Positions 45,543 through 57,740 of a stretch of 64,000 nucleotides of DNA are shown here, piece after piece. The notes under the pieces were generated by a model that searched no databases, had not been told where the DNA came from, and saw only the letters and a list, made by a program, of their open reading frames with translations. The first letter of the stretch is position 1, and every line of letters begins with the position of its first letter. The position numbers were made by a program, and so were the translations under genes. Source of the stretch: Macrostomum lignano (Eukaryota); assembly GCA_002269645.1 (NCBI GenBank), contig NIVC01000620.1, positions 444,979 through 508,978 on the forward strand. Direction: 5' to 3'.

Positions 45543-46565
45543 ATGGAGGTCTTAGGCACCCTGTCTCAAATTTTCGAGATCGCAAATGGCATCATCACGA
45601 CATCTAATGCTGTGAGCAAAATTGTGGAAGACATTGTCGCCGACGTGTCTCGGCTTCGGACGTCGCTAGAGAACAAGAAGGCTGAGATCGATCGGATGCT
45701 GATGTCCGAATTCAGCTCGGCTACAAGAGAAGTCAGCTCCCAGGGCAGCCAGACGCAAGCCATGTTCCGCAACCTGTGCCACCGATGGCATCGAATTTCG
45801 GACGAGCTGTCTCAAGCTATGCGCTATAGGCGACTCGAAGCTTGGAAACTGAGGGAATTAAAAGAGCAAATCTCTGCTGCCCTGACCTTCAGTAGCTCGT
45901 GCGAGCACAGCTACGATATATTCAAGGAGCGACTCAATGAAGCCTTCAAGATCGCACTGAGGCTCTGTGGCAGGCTGCAGTCTGGCGCGGAACAAGCAAT
46001 GGCTGGGGTCAGGAAGGCGAAGATCGGCGGCTACGGAGCCGCTGGCGTCATGGGTGCTGGAGCTGTAGCCTGCGCTGTTGGCGCCTTTTTTACTGGTGGC
46101 TTGTCACTGATTGGCACGGCTGTTCTGGGGGCCGGAGCGGCTGCGGCTGCCAAGGCTACAAAAAAGTAAGGGTAACGTGTGTAAAATGTCGTAACTAACC
46201 CAGATATTAAAAAAGTTTTATTGGTAATGCGCTACGGGAACACAGTTTTTTAAAGAGAACCAGAAATATTTAAAAAACTGTTTTAATGTGTAAAACATAT
46301 TCAGCTTTCATAAAATTTCAGACACGCAGGCGAACTAGAGAATCTTGCCAACGAGTTTAAAGGGCGGATTAGTAACATCGACGAATCGATTCGAAACATG
46401 GATCGCCTTGCCGATCAAGTGGAAAAAGCCCGCCAGCAAGGCTTGAGCGCTTGCCAAAGGCTAGAAGATAAGATGTTCGATCTGCAACGAGAAGAAGAAT
46501 GGCGTAGACGCGCCGAATTAAGTAAAAGGACAATGAGTCTCTTAGACATTTGGAAAAATAGTTGA
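45543..46565 (+). CDS. Helical protein with a central Gly/Ala-rich hydrophobic hairpin; apolipoprotein-L-like or alpha-pore-forming-toxin-like (about 288 aa)
   Basis: Exons 45543-46165 (donor gtaagg) and 46322-46565, phase 2, 867 nt in frame; hairpin GGYGAAGVMGAGAVACAVGAFFTGGLSLIGTAVLGAGAAAAA flanked by amphipathic helices. The gene model is solid; the family call is inference. Confidence 0.7.
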
Positions 46566-47119
46566 AGGCCGATTACTAAAATGTCTGTATCTCCGAATCG
46601 GTTGCATGTAGAAGAATCCTTTTTTCGCCAGATTGTTCAGATTTTTGTCCCCTACCAAGTAAGTCAGTCAGTTTAGTTTCCCACTCGATGTAGATGCAAG
46701 AAAATCCTGTACAATGAAGACACCCTATTTCTGATCGAATGGTAGCTATTCAAATCTTCAAGTTTAGGAAGCAAATAAAATAAAGAAGCTAAAAAATCTT
46801 AAGCGCTTCATTAGTGACATTTCTGAAAATATATCGGAGTCTGGAGATCATATACAGAACCCGCATAATTTGGCCTATAGCTATCCTTTAAAATCTTTCT
46901 CACAAGATGGCCAGTCAGAAAAAATGAGTGAGAAGAAAAAGCCAAACATCACAAAGCAGACTCCTGTTTTAACACTCTGTCCTCTATAATCTGTAAATCG
47001 AAGTGGCTTGAAAGTGGCAGTAGAATTTAGCAAGCAAGCAGAGTTGTGTCGAGTTTATTTGCTTATATAGGGTTATGACTAGCTAGAAATCAAATAGGTC
47101 TATGTCTATAAAGTATTTA

Positions 47120-49545
47120 TTACTAGGTTTCCAGTCGATAAATATTTGTCCTTAGCCTTAGTCATAGGCCTAGCCTAGTAATGTAAGTAATGTAAAAAAC
47201 GATAAATAACCTAATAAAATTCGACTAAACCATAAAATAATATAATTGCTGCGGGGTTTGTATAAATAATATAATTATGTTACTGATAGTAGTTAACCGT
47301 GCATATTTTATTCCAATCAATCAGAAAATTCTTCCCCTTATTAGTTTTAATCCCGTGAAATTTTGTTTAAATTCCCACTTTGTTATAAATGTCGTTGTTA
47401 TTTTGTTTTAATGCGTAGTGCTCACCCCCCTTTGTATTTCACTATAAAAAGGAGCAGTTTGGGCTCAAATTCAAGTTTTGGCTTTGATCATTTTCCGCTT
47501 GAAAACTCTTAGTAATTTGAAGTTTAACTTTAAAACTTCCGCTAAGACTTGTCTCGCTATTTCTTTATTGAATAGGGAGAACTTGAGGTCGTGGAGACCC
47601 AGAACTAGGAGTCTGGAATAGGGAGAACTCGAGGTCGTAGAGACCCTGAATAGGAGCCCAAAAAGGGAAATTTGAAGTCGTGCAGACCCTAAGGAAGCCG
47701 TGCAGGCTAATAAAACACATTAGGCGCTAGGGAATTAGGCATTAGGGGATTAGATAGCTATCTGGACACACTTGATCCTCGGAAAACGCAATACTTTCGG
47801 ACTTAATTAGGGAATTAGACAGTGTCTTACCGCTCGGGCACTACACGCTATCACAAGGTTTCTAAGAAATCACGTGAATTAAGAAATTTCTAGGAAAGAA
47901 TTATAGCTTAGGGGCAAACAACACTACTTAAAGTAGGCAACTCAGTGGCATTTAATGAGATTTACAGAGGTAGAACATAGAAGTAAAACAAAACCTAGTA
48001 CAACTTGGTGACTGCGGTGGGATATTTTGCAGAAAGAGCAGTCAGACCTATTACAACTTGGTGACTAATCGCTGGGATTTCAGCTAGGAACTATAAGGAC
48101 TATTAAATAATTTAGCTAAGTGTTTCTGGTTACATACTGCAAAATTATGAAAATTAATAGCCCTAGGCTTCTGCAAACAGCACATTATGTTGAAAATCAT
48201 ATGCAATTCGTATATCTCACTAATGTATAAGAGAACGAAAATCGGCCTTCAACTATTTTTACACGAATCGAGAGTGTTACGTCCTGCATACAGAGGCGCC
48301 GGTAGGGCCTCAATGATGTTGCCCCAAAAAAATTAAATTTAAAAACAAACAATAACAAAATACGCAGCCCCACATGCAAGGTCACAGTTAAACAGCTCAT
48401 AATTTTAAAAGAATGCTTCATATTCAATGCTACTCGAATTCTAAGAGTAGCTGCTTTTATTGGTCTTGCAAAAGATCAAAATATACAGTACGATCTACGC
48501 TTTGTCAACAATACTGTAAAAATCCAATTCTTTTCTATGCGTTTCAAATTTCGCCTATTAAATTAGTAAATATACCTGATCGTTGCCCGAAGGTATTTGG
48601 CCCTGAATTCAGGCCTGCAAAGAGATATCACTTACCTATTTAAGTTAGTTTGCTCGTAATTGTTGGGTAGTTTTATTGCTCATTTTTACTTTCATACGAG
48701 CGTAGAATGTGGGTTTTGGGGGTAGCTACCCGATGCCTTCACCCCCCGGCCCTGTTTTGAGTCCCTTTGTTAGAAAAGATGGACAATAAAAGTTTTTTAT
48801 CGCTGAGATAGTGCCTGAAATAATAGCCTATTTTTATATGCACAAATAATACTTTACGTTTTTGCTATGCTTTCTTAGAAACGCGCTCAGTAAAATTTAC
48901 CCGAATTTTGTTAAAATGTTGTTATTCACGGAAATATTAACTTTTGTTTGAAACGAGTCTGACATCTTAGTATAAATAGAAGCCCCGAGCGGGCCAAGAA
49001 AAGTAACTTGCCTCGACTTGCCGAGAGCTTCCAAATTTCGAGCAAAACTTAGTAAGCTCTTACTAAATCTTTAAAAGCAGTTGTTCAAATTGACTTATTC
49101 ATTTCCTAGAGTATAAAACCCCAAATTGGGAGTAGCATTAGAAGACCGCTAAAAAGCGAGAACCACCTCAGAGTAGGAAAACCCTACAGAGTAGTAAAAT
49201 CGCCTCAGGGCAGGAACGATCGCCTCGGGGCAGGGAAAGCGCATAAGGCTGTGACCCTCTGATACCGGGAACGCCCAGGACTGAGAGAAATTATAAGATC
49301 AAATAGTAAGAGTAGACAGTGCCATTAGACCGCTCAGGCCAAAGAGTAAAGTACATGTACAGACGCTACCAGTAGATCATTAAACGCTACCAATAACTAT
49401 AAATTCATGCAAAAGTACATTAATGAGAATTAAGTAAGAAAGCATCGAAATTGGCCTTATAACAGCTTTAGTGGCAGAAAATATGATTAGACAATGGAAT
49501 AAATAGGGAGCCCTAGTACAATTTGGTAACAGTAGTAGGATAATT
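47120..49545 (+). mobile_element. Degenerate LTR-retrotransposon remnants (LTR 3' ends followed by PBS-like motifs), no coding region
   Basis: cctagtaca-act-tggtgactgcggtgggat (47994-48023), cctattaca-act-tggtgactaatcgctgggat (48047-48078), cctagtaca-att-tggtaacagtagtaggat (49512-49541); 5' boundary approximate. Confidence 0.4.
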
Positions 49546-50655
49546 ATAGTAAGAAGAATAATCACTGTTACAATTATGGTTGCGTTGTGAGATTATTTAT
49601 AGGGACAGAAGTAACCCCTGTGTCACCACCTAGAATCTCTCCATCTAGCTGCATTAAAAGTTTATTTTTGGCTCAGTTTCAGATTATTTTTTCTGCACTC
49701 AGAGATAAAATGCATTGTATATAGAAGACAGCACTTGATATTTGTCCAAGTAATTGTGAGAAGGAGTTCTCAATATATTTGTCTTTTTACATTTTTTCGG
49801 ACTGCTGTTGCAAAGGTAAGCCAAGTCGTATTGCGTTAGATAATTTAGAGTTCTGTATCACAATTTTCAAATTCCATTCTTTATAAATTAATCTGATTTG
49901 TACCATTATGAATTTAGCGTCATAAATAAGCTTGCCAAGTTAGAATTTACAGTGAAAAAATCTGATTTCCATGAAAATTTGGCCTCTTGGGCAGAAATGC
50001 GATTGCAGAGCTAGTCAAACTGGTTTTTGTTTTTAGACTAGCCATCTGCGCCCCCTTTGGGGTAGCGAAAAGGAGAGGAATGATTGACTCAAAATTCCAA
50101 AACGCAAGCAAACCCAAGCAACCAGGCTATCAGTCTAACCGAGCCCTCTTGCACTAAAATGATCACACTCCTAACCAGCCTACATTACCAGCCTTATGCC
50201 TGATGAAATTCTATTAGATCTTGACTCTGCATTTTAAAGCACCCACTCCCTGCAGACAATTAATGTGGCAGTGCTGGGCAAAAGTAGGGGTTAGGCAATG
50301 TTATATGAATAGAAGGTAGAGTCTTGTTTCTTTTTTGTGCTTCTGTACCCTGCCTGTCTGCACGCCGCCAAAAGCTGACAGTGGGGTGGGCCCTCCACTC
50401 CACTGCCCTCCCCAGCCGACGGGTGGCGCCACGTTCTTACTTTTTTCCAGAATTTTCCGCTATCCACCCTCTCAATCTGTGAAAGTTCTACTGTTTCCTT
50501 TTTTGAAAAGTAGCCAGGTTGGCGTGGTTGGCGTGTTAGTAGTATGTTACGCGCATTTTTCTTTGCTTACTTGCATTTAACATTTCTCATATATTAACTT
50601 AAATTTAACTTGCATGCAGACACTCTAGCATTAGAGAACTATTCGGCCGCAACCG

Positions 50656-53600
50656 ATGGAGCCGGACTCTTCTAAAGGAGTCGAAGTGCCGAATGATGGC
50701 GATCCGATGGTATCGTTTGAGCCTCAGCCGACGCCGCCGCCACCGCCATCAACGCAGCCTCCGCCGCCAACACAGCCTCCACTGCCAACGCCACCAAATG
50801 ACGACGACTGCAAACGTGAACTACTGCTTCAGCTGACACAACAGAAGAAATTTGATGACGCAAAGAAGATTATACAAAGTTTAAAGAACACAGCTGCACC
50901 TTTACGTCGAGATCAGCTGCTACGGACAGCTGTTCACTACTCCGCGATGGATCCAAGCGGGTTTGAGCTATTGAAGGATCTCACAGAACTGGTTGGCGCA
51001 GGCTGCTTGGCAACCCCAGACCGCAATGGAGTGACTCCGTTTCACTTCGCAGCGCAATATCTGCCTGATAATGCCTGGAATACATTTATTAACCCGCTTG
51101 TAACGGAAAGCCATCTTAAGAAGAGAGATAACGCAGGAAATACTTGCGCACACTATGCAGTCCGCGAACAGCGTGCCAATGATGGAGTAATACTTTCTAT
51201 AGTCCATAAGTCGGGGCCGAGATGCCTGGATGTTTCAAATGAGATTAAAGAGACGCCTCTTCAGCTTGCGGTAAAAAACTGCACCTCAAAAACAGTTAAA
51301 AAGCTGTTGAAAGAGCTCAATCCGAGGTGGCTTCAGGAGGCAGATGAAGAAGGCAACACAGTAGCACATTACGCGGCCATGAACCCGAGAGGCGCGGTAC
51401 TTAAAGTTGTAAAAAAAGTGGGCGATCCCGTTCTTTTTTGGTCTAACAATCACAAAGAAACCGTTTTACAAATAGCGCTTCAGTTCTGCTCGATTTCGAA
51501 ATCGCACTTGCTTCTGAAAAAAGCTGTAGCAAAGGCTGCTAAATTGCCAGGGTCGAAAGAGTCGAAAAAACTCCGGCAGCAGGATTCGACTGGAAAGACA
51601 TGCTTACACAGTACAGCGATGCTTAGCGACAGGCAAGAAATTCTGCTTCAGGCAGTAGAGTTAGGGAAGCCACTCGGACCCGAATGTCTAGCCTGGAAGA
51701 ACCAAGCCGGAAGTTCAGTGCTGCACGTTGCACTTGAGCATGGCCGCCAGTCCGAACCCGCAAGCACAGAAGTCTTAGTCAAATTGATTTCAAAATCTAC
51801 AAAAGACGTTCTAGCAAAGGTTGATGCAAACGGTAATACATGTCTTCACATAGCCGCTAAGAGGAGAGACAATCATCGATTGTTACGTGAGGCTATCCAG
51901 AAGTGCGGAAAAGATTGCATGTTCTGGCCAAACAAAAGAAATCAATTGGTAATGTTCTTTGCTATTGGAGTTGTCTCTTCCAAAGAACTAGAAGAGGCAT
52001 TGAAGAATGACATCCCTTCTGACGATTTCGGCAACACTCTGTTGCATTACCTCCTTCAAGGCTACAGCAGCGAGTCAGTCTGTGTTGGCTTAACCGATTC
52101 TGCAATCGAAAAGCAGTCTACAACTGATATTCTTGAGAAGATCGATATCCTTATTGCTTTTGGCGTGGATCCACTTGAGGAGAATATTGCCGCTCAAAAC
52201 TTTCTACATTGGGCTAAGTTGCCGCAAAATTTGCTTAAGAAGCTTTTAACAGATTTTTCCGAATCTCATGGGCTTAAGGCCCTGTACGAAAAGCTAGATT
52301 GTGGGTCAAATGGACTCCACTTGGTTCACACGTACTCAAGAAAGTACAATTTGGAAGTTTTATTAGAGCCATTATCGAAACTGTCGGATTTAAAAGAAAA
52401 TAGACTTTTGAGCTTGGCTGTTTCCAAGGGCGACAACAAGGGTGCCACCTGTTTTCATTTCGCCTGCGAAGGTGGCCAAACAAGCAGTTTTCGATTCTTA
52501 TTGAAAAAAGGTCCAAATATTAGCGTCAGCATCAAGACGCTGACAGATTCCGAACTGTCTTGCATTGACTTTGCTATTGATAGAGGTCACCTCGAGCCGG
52601 TAATGAAAGTCTATACAGAATTTGAAGCTAAGGCACTTCAGAAAAAAGGAATAGGCTCCAAAGCAGCATCAAATGCCGCAAGAATTACTCTCTTGCGCCT
52701 CGTTGATCCGATTAAGAAGGCCGTCTCGCTGCCGGACCGGGTGGCAGCTCAGAAAGCGCTTGCTTCAATAATCGACCAGCTATCCGACGATTCAACTGCC
52801 TGTCGGAAGGGCAGAAGAGGCCTGCAAATACTAGAAAGGGCGATAACGCTCAACTCAACAAAACTATTTCGCAGCGCTTTAAAGATGAACTTTGTTAACG
52901 CCACAACGGAGAGACTTTTGCCAGAGTTCTTGCGCTGCCAGCAGCATCGAAATTTAGAGCTAAGCGTGATAAATTGCCTGTGCATGGGTGACAAAATTGG
53001 AAGGCACGGTTGGGTCGATGCTTTTTCTGAGTTGTCTGTCATTGACATTACATGTTCACACTCTGAGCACTACGATGAGATTTTGTTGGACTTGGTACTC
53101 ACTAGGCAATTTGAGCTGATTCCGGCCAGCATTAACCTACTCATCAGGCTGGGCCCCGAGATCGACAAGCTACGCTCGCAGGCACGTGGCAAGCACGCTA
53201 CGCTGCAGGAGTTGTACAGAAAAGTGCAGGAAATCGCTGTCAATTCTCTTGAAGAGTTGTTCGCTAGCGCTACTCAAAAGCGTCAGCGAGAGCTTCTCTT
53301 TGAGTTCCTTCAGGGTCGAATCGAAAGCGCAGAAGGCGTGTCCGGTCCCAAGTTTCCATTTAGAACTCTAAACAAGAAAATAAGGCATGGCGCCGTAACA
53401 GACATGATTGAGGAAGCTGACTGTAACGAGATTTTCGCGACAGACTGCATCTACAGCTTGGTGCAGCAGGAGTGGAAGACTGGACGAAGGCCCTGCAGGT
53501 GTAGCACATGCTCAGTTTCGAATAGCAAACAAAGTAGTGAAGACTGCTGCTGCAGGTGCACCCGCGAGTTCTATTCACCGCGAGCAAAATTCGGGACTTA

Positions 53601-54843
53601 CTGTACCTTTTTCGCCTTTCTAATTATATACTTTACATGGTACACGGTTGACTTCAAAAATAGTTTCGCCCACATTTCAACTGACATTCCTTTGATATTC
53701 TATTGGCTATCCTTCGTTTCCCAAGAAGTTGTCGACTTCCGCAGACGGCGGAAGCGGCGCAGCTATCTCGTATGCGGCCGCCTCTGCAGATGGCCCACTT
53801 ATTTTGAGGACTTACTGAACTTTCTAGAATGGCTCGTAATCGTTTTTTTACTGGTTGGTCTGATTTTGAAATGGATACTGCTTGCTAATTCGCTACCTTT
53901 AACTGCAGCATACCCCTGTCAGATGGTATTTAGCGTCGCTTTCGGTCTGCTAATGTTTCGGGCAGTGCACTTTCTGAGCCTATCAGCCGTCATTGGTCCT
54001 GTAATAACGATGCTATGGAGTCTAGTATTCAATGACTTGCTGCCATTTCTGGCAATTATCGCCGTCATCATAATCGCTTTCGGAGTGTTTTTCTTCAACC
54101 TACTTTTCTCTGTGACTGGAGTGAACACCCAGTCAACTTACTACAACAGTCCTTGGTACAGCTGGGACGCCACTGTTGCAGCGATAACTCTACCATTTAA
54201 CATACTGTTTACAAACTTTGAGAAGCTAGAATTTGGGAAGACGTTAACGAATATCACGATTGGAAAATCAGCCCACACGCAAGGAATCGGAGTGTTTGAG
54301 AATCTGATGCTGTTCCTTTTCATGGGCTGGTGAACATTGTTATGCTGAACCTACTGATCGCGCTCTTCAACCTTCGGGTCAACCGCATGGCTAATGAAGC
54401 TCTGGGGATCTGGCGAAGGACGTACTTCGGCATGCTGAAGGAGTACCAAAACTTGAGTCCGGTTCCGCCACCGCTGTCATTTCTGTGGTACATCTACGAT
54501 TGCTTTGTGAGAAAATGCTCTTGCAAAAAATGTAAAAACTCTGCGGGAGTGGCTCCGAAGAAGAAGGTTTGTTTTGTTTTTTTAATGGCGCGGTGACTCA
54601 GTAGGCTAATTGACAATTGTTTTGTCTCTATTTCAGACCGAAAACTGGTGGCGTGACCCTAAAAAGTATCCCGAGGAGTACATGGATTTTCTGGAGTTCC
54701 AAGCTAACCAATTAAGGCGGTTCCGCGCTTCTCTGCTATCCAATTCCAACTCCAATAGCCGAGATGATCTCATTGATCAATTGAGTCATCGATTGAAAGT
54801 ACTGGAAGAACAGACTCAGGCGGTACATGAGAAGCTGAAGTAA
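50656..54843 (+). CDS. TRP-superfamily cation channel: Pro-rich N-terminus, about 15 ankyrin repeats, TRPM-like 6-TM region, TRP box and short coiled coil (about 1372 aa after correcting a 1-nt frameshift at about 54325)
   Basis: Exon 50656-54566 and exon 54637-54843 (phase 0). Ankyrin motifs DRNGVTPFHFAA, DNAGNTCAHYAV, DANGNTCLHIAA; pre-S1 FYSPRAKF; S3 YFEDLLNFLEW; S5 NDLLPFLAII...AFGV; S6 NIVMLNLLIALFN; TRP box IWRRTYFGMLKEY...PVPPPLSFL. Confidence 0.88.
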
Positions 54844-55669
54844 CCAGCTGGTTAAAACAAATATTCCATTATTTTTTCGCTTATGCAAGGCTCTTTAATG
54901 ACCAATAATTTTAATTTTATAGCATATTTTGAGGAGAACTTAAGTCTTCAAAGAAAGCTATTACAGTGTAGGCTTCCAATTAAGAGTTTGCAAAGGTTAT
55001 AAATAAATCCTGTTCAGAATTGTTGGCATAAGAAAAGCGACACAAGGAGCAAGGAAATATTTCAAAGGCATTGCCAGTGGCGTACGCAGGGGGGGGGGGG
55101 GGCCGCGGCCCCCCTTCCTCAATCGCCCGCCAAAAAAAATTGATAGTATTGCTATTCAGGTATTCTTGTTAAAGCAAAATCGGTTTACTCAGAAAAACAA
55201 AAAATTGCAAGTATTCTAGTATTCTGTTACTCAAGTGTAATCGAGATTGAAATGGAAAATACGTTATTCATTGCAAAAAACAATGATAATCCGCTCTTTT
55301 GACATCCGGTTTTTTCACTGTTCGAGCCATATTGCTATGGTCAGTTTGAAAATATTTATATTTTAACAAATGTAGGGTATAAATTTGAAGAGTAATTTTG
55401 TGATTGAAATATTTTTATTCGGTTCTGTGGACACTTCAAAGACTTTTTGTTTATGCACAGATTTACGATTTTTGTTATTCGAATGTTTATTCTAGAATGT
55501 TAGTATCAACGCTCTATTTATTGTTCGAGCAAATGCTATAAAATTAATAAGAAAAATTCTTTTAACATACAGATATCTTAAAATTATACTCGTAGTTTCA
55601 CCTCTGGACTTATTTCATTTAAATTTACGTCTCATTTAGACAGTGTCTCTAAGAACATTTTATTCTGCA

Positions 55670-57535
55670 ATATCCCCTGCCACCGATTTCCAGTCACTAA
55701 TTCCCCTGCCACCAATTTCCTGTCACTAATTCCCCTGCCACCGATTTCATGTCACTAATTCACCTGCCACCAATTTCATGTCACTAATTCCCCTGCCACC
55801 GATTTCATGTCACTAATTCCCCTGCCACCAATTTCCTGTCACTAATTCCCCTGCCACCGATTTCATGTCACTAATTCACCTGCCACCAATTTCATGTCAC
55901 TAATTCACCTGCCACCAATTTCATGTCACTAATTCCCCTGCCACCGATTTCCTGTCACTAATTCCCCTGCCACCGATTTCCTGTCACAAATTCTTCTGCT
56001 ACCAATTTCCTGTCACTAATTCCCCTGCCACTAATTTCCTGTCACTAATTCCCCTGCCACCGATTTCCTGTCACAAATTCCCCTGCCACCGATTTCCTGT
56101 CACTAATTCCCCTCTGCCACCGATTTCCTGTCACTAATTCCCCTCTGCCACCGATTTCATTCCCCTGCAACCGATTTCCTGTCACTAATTCCCCTGCCAC
56201 CAATTTCCTGTCACTGATTCCCCTGCGACCAATTTCCTGTCACTGATTCCCCTGCCACCGATTTCCTGTCACTGATTCCCCTGCCACCAATATCCTGTCA
56301 CTAATTCCCCTGCCACCGATTTCCTGTCACTAATTCCCCTCTGCCACCGATTTCCTGTCACTAATTCCCCTGCCACCGATTTCTTGTCACTAATTCTCCT
56401 GCCACCGATTTCCTGTCACTAATTCCCCTCTGCCACCGATTTCCTGTCACTAATTCCCCTCTGCCACCGATTTCATTCCCCTGCAACCGATTTCCTGTCA
56501 CTAATTCCCCTGCCACCGATTTCCTGTCACTGATTCTTCTGCTACCTACTTTATGTCACTAATTCCCCTGCCACCGATTTCCTGTCACAAATTTCCCTGC
56601 CACCGATTTCCTGTCACAAATTCCCCTGCCACCGATTTCCTGTCACAAATTCTTCTGCTACCAATTTCCTGTCACTAATTCCCCTGCCACCGATTTCCTG
56701 TCACTAATTCCCCTTTGCCACTGATTTCCTGTCACTAATTCCCCTGCCACCGATTTCCTGTCACTAATTCCCCTCTGCCACCGATTTCCTGTCACTAATT
56801 CCCCTGCCACCGATTTCCTGTCACTAATTCCCCTCTGCCACCGATTTCCTGTCACTAATTCCCCTGCCACCGATTTCCTGTCACTAATTCCCCTCTGCCA
56901 CCGATTTCCTGTCACTAATTCCCCTCTGCCACCGATTTCCTGTCACTAATTCCCCTGCCACCGATTTCCTGTCACTAATTCCCCTCTGCCACCGATTTCC
57001 TGTCACTAATTCCCCTGCCACCAATTTCCTGTCACAAATTCCCCTGCCACCGATTTCGTGTCACAAATTCCCCTGCCACCGATTTCCTGTCACTAATTCC
57101 CCTGCCACCGATTTCCTGTCACTAATTCCCCTCTGCCACCGATTTCCTGTCACTAATTCCCCTGCCACCGATTTCCTGTCACTAATTCCCCTCTGCCACC
57201 GATTTCCTGTCACTAATTCCCCTGCCACCGATTTCCTGTCACTGATTCCCCTGCCACCAATTTCCTGTCACTAATTCACCTGCCACCAATTTCCTGTCAC
57301 TGATTCCACTGCCACTAATTTCTTGTCACTGATTCCCCTGCCACCAATATCCTGTCACTAATTCCCCTGCCACCGATTTCCTGTCACTAATTCCCCTCTG
57401 CCACCGATTTCCTGTCACTAATTCCCCTGCCACCGATTTCCTGTCACTAATTCCTCTGCCACCGATTTTCTGTCACTAATTCCCCTGCCACTAATTTCCT
57501 GTCACTAATTCCCCTGCTAGCAATTTCACGTCACA
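55670..57535. repeat. 29-bp satellite (attcccctgccaccgatttcctgtcacta) with 31-bp variants
   Basis: Period 29 (55811 to 55840); 29/31 alternation at about 56700-57200. Confidence 0.95.
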
Positions 57536-57559
57536 AATTCCATGAGCGCTTCTTGTCTG

Positions 57560-57740
57560 TGGGTGAGCGCCCCTGCCTCTGGGTGGGGGTGCCCCTGTAT
57601 CTTGGTGGACGCCCATATCTTTGAGTAGGCGCCCATATCTCTGGGTGAGCGCCCATATCTCTGGGTGGGCGCCCCTATCTCTGGGTGGGCGCCCCTATCT
57701 CTGGGTGGGCGCCCCTATCTCTGGGTGGGCGACCCTGTCT
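57560..57740. repeat. 20-bp GC-rich repeat (ctgggtgggcgcccctatct)
   Basis: About 8 units abutting the 29-bp array. Confidence 0.85.

Noticed and set aside
54320-54335. Programmed ribosomal frameshift in TRP S6
   Set aside because: No slippery heptamer or obvious downstream structure; a 1-nt assembly deletion is simpler
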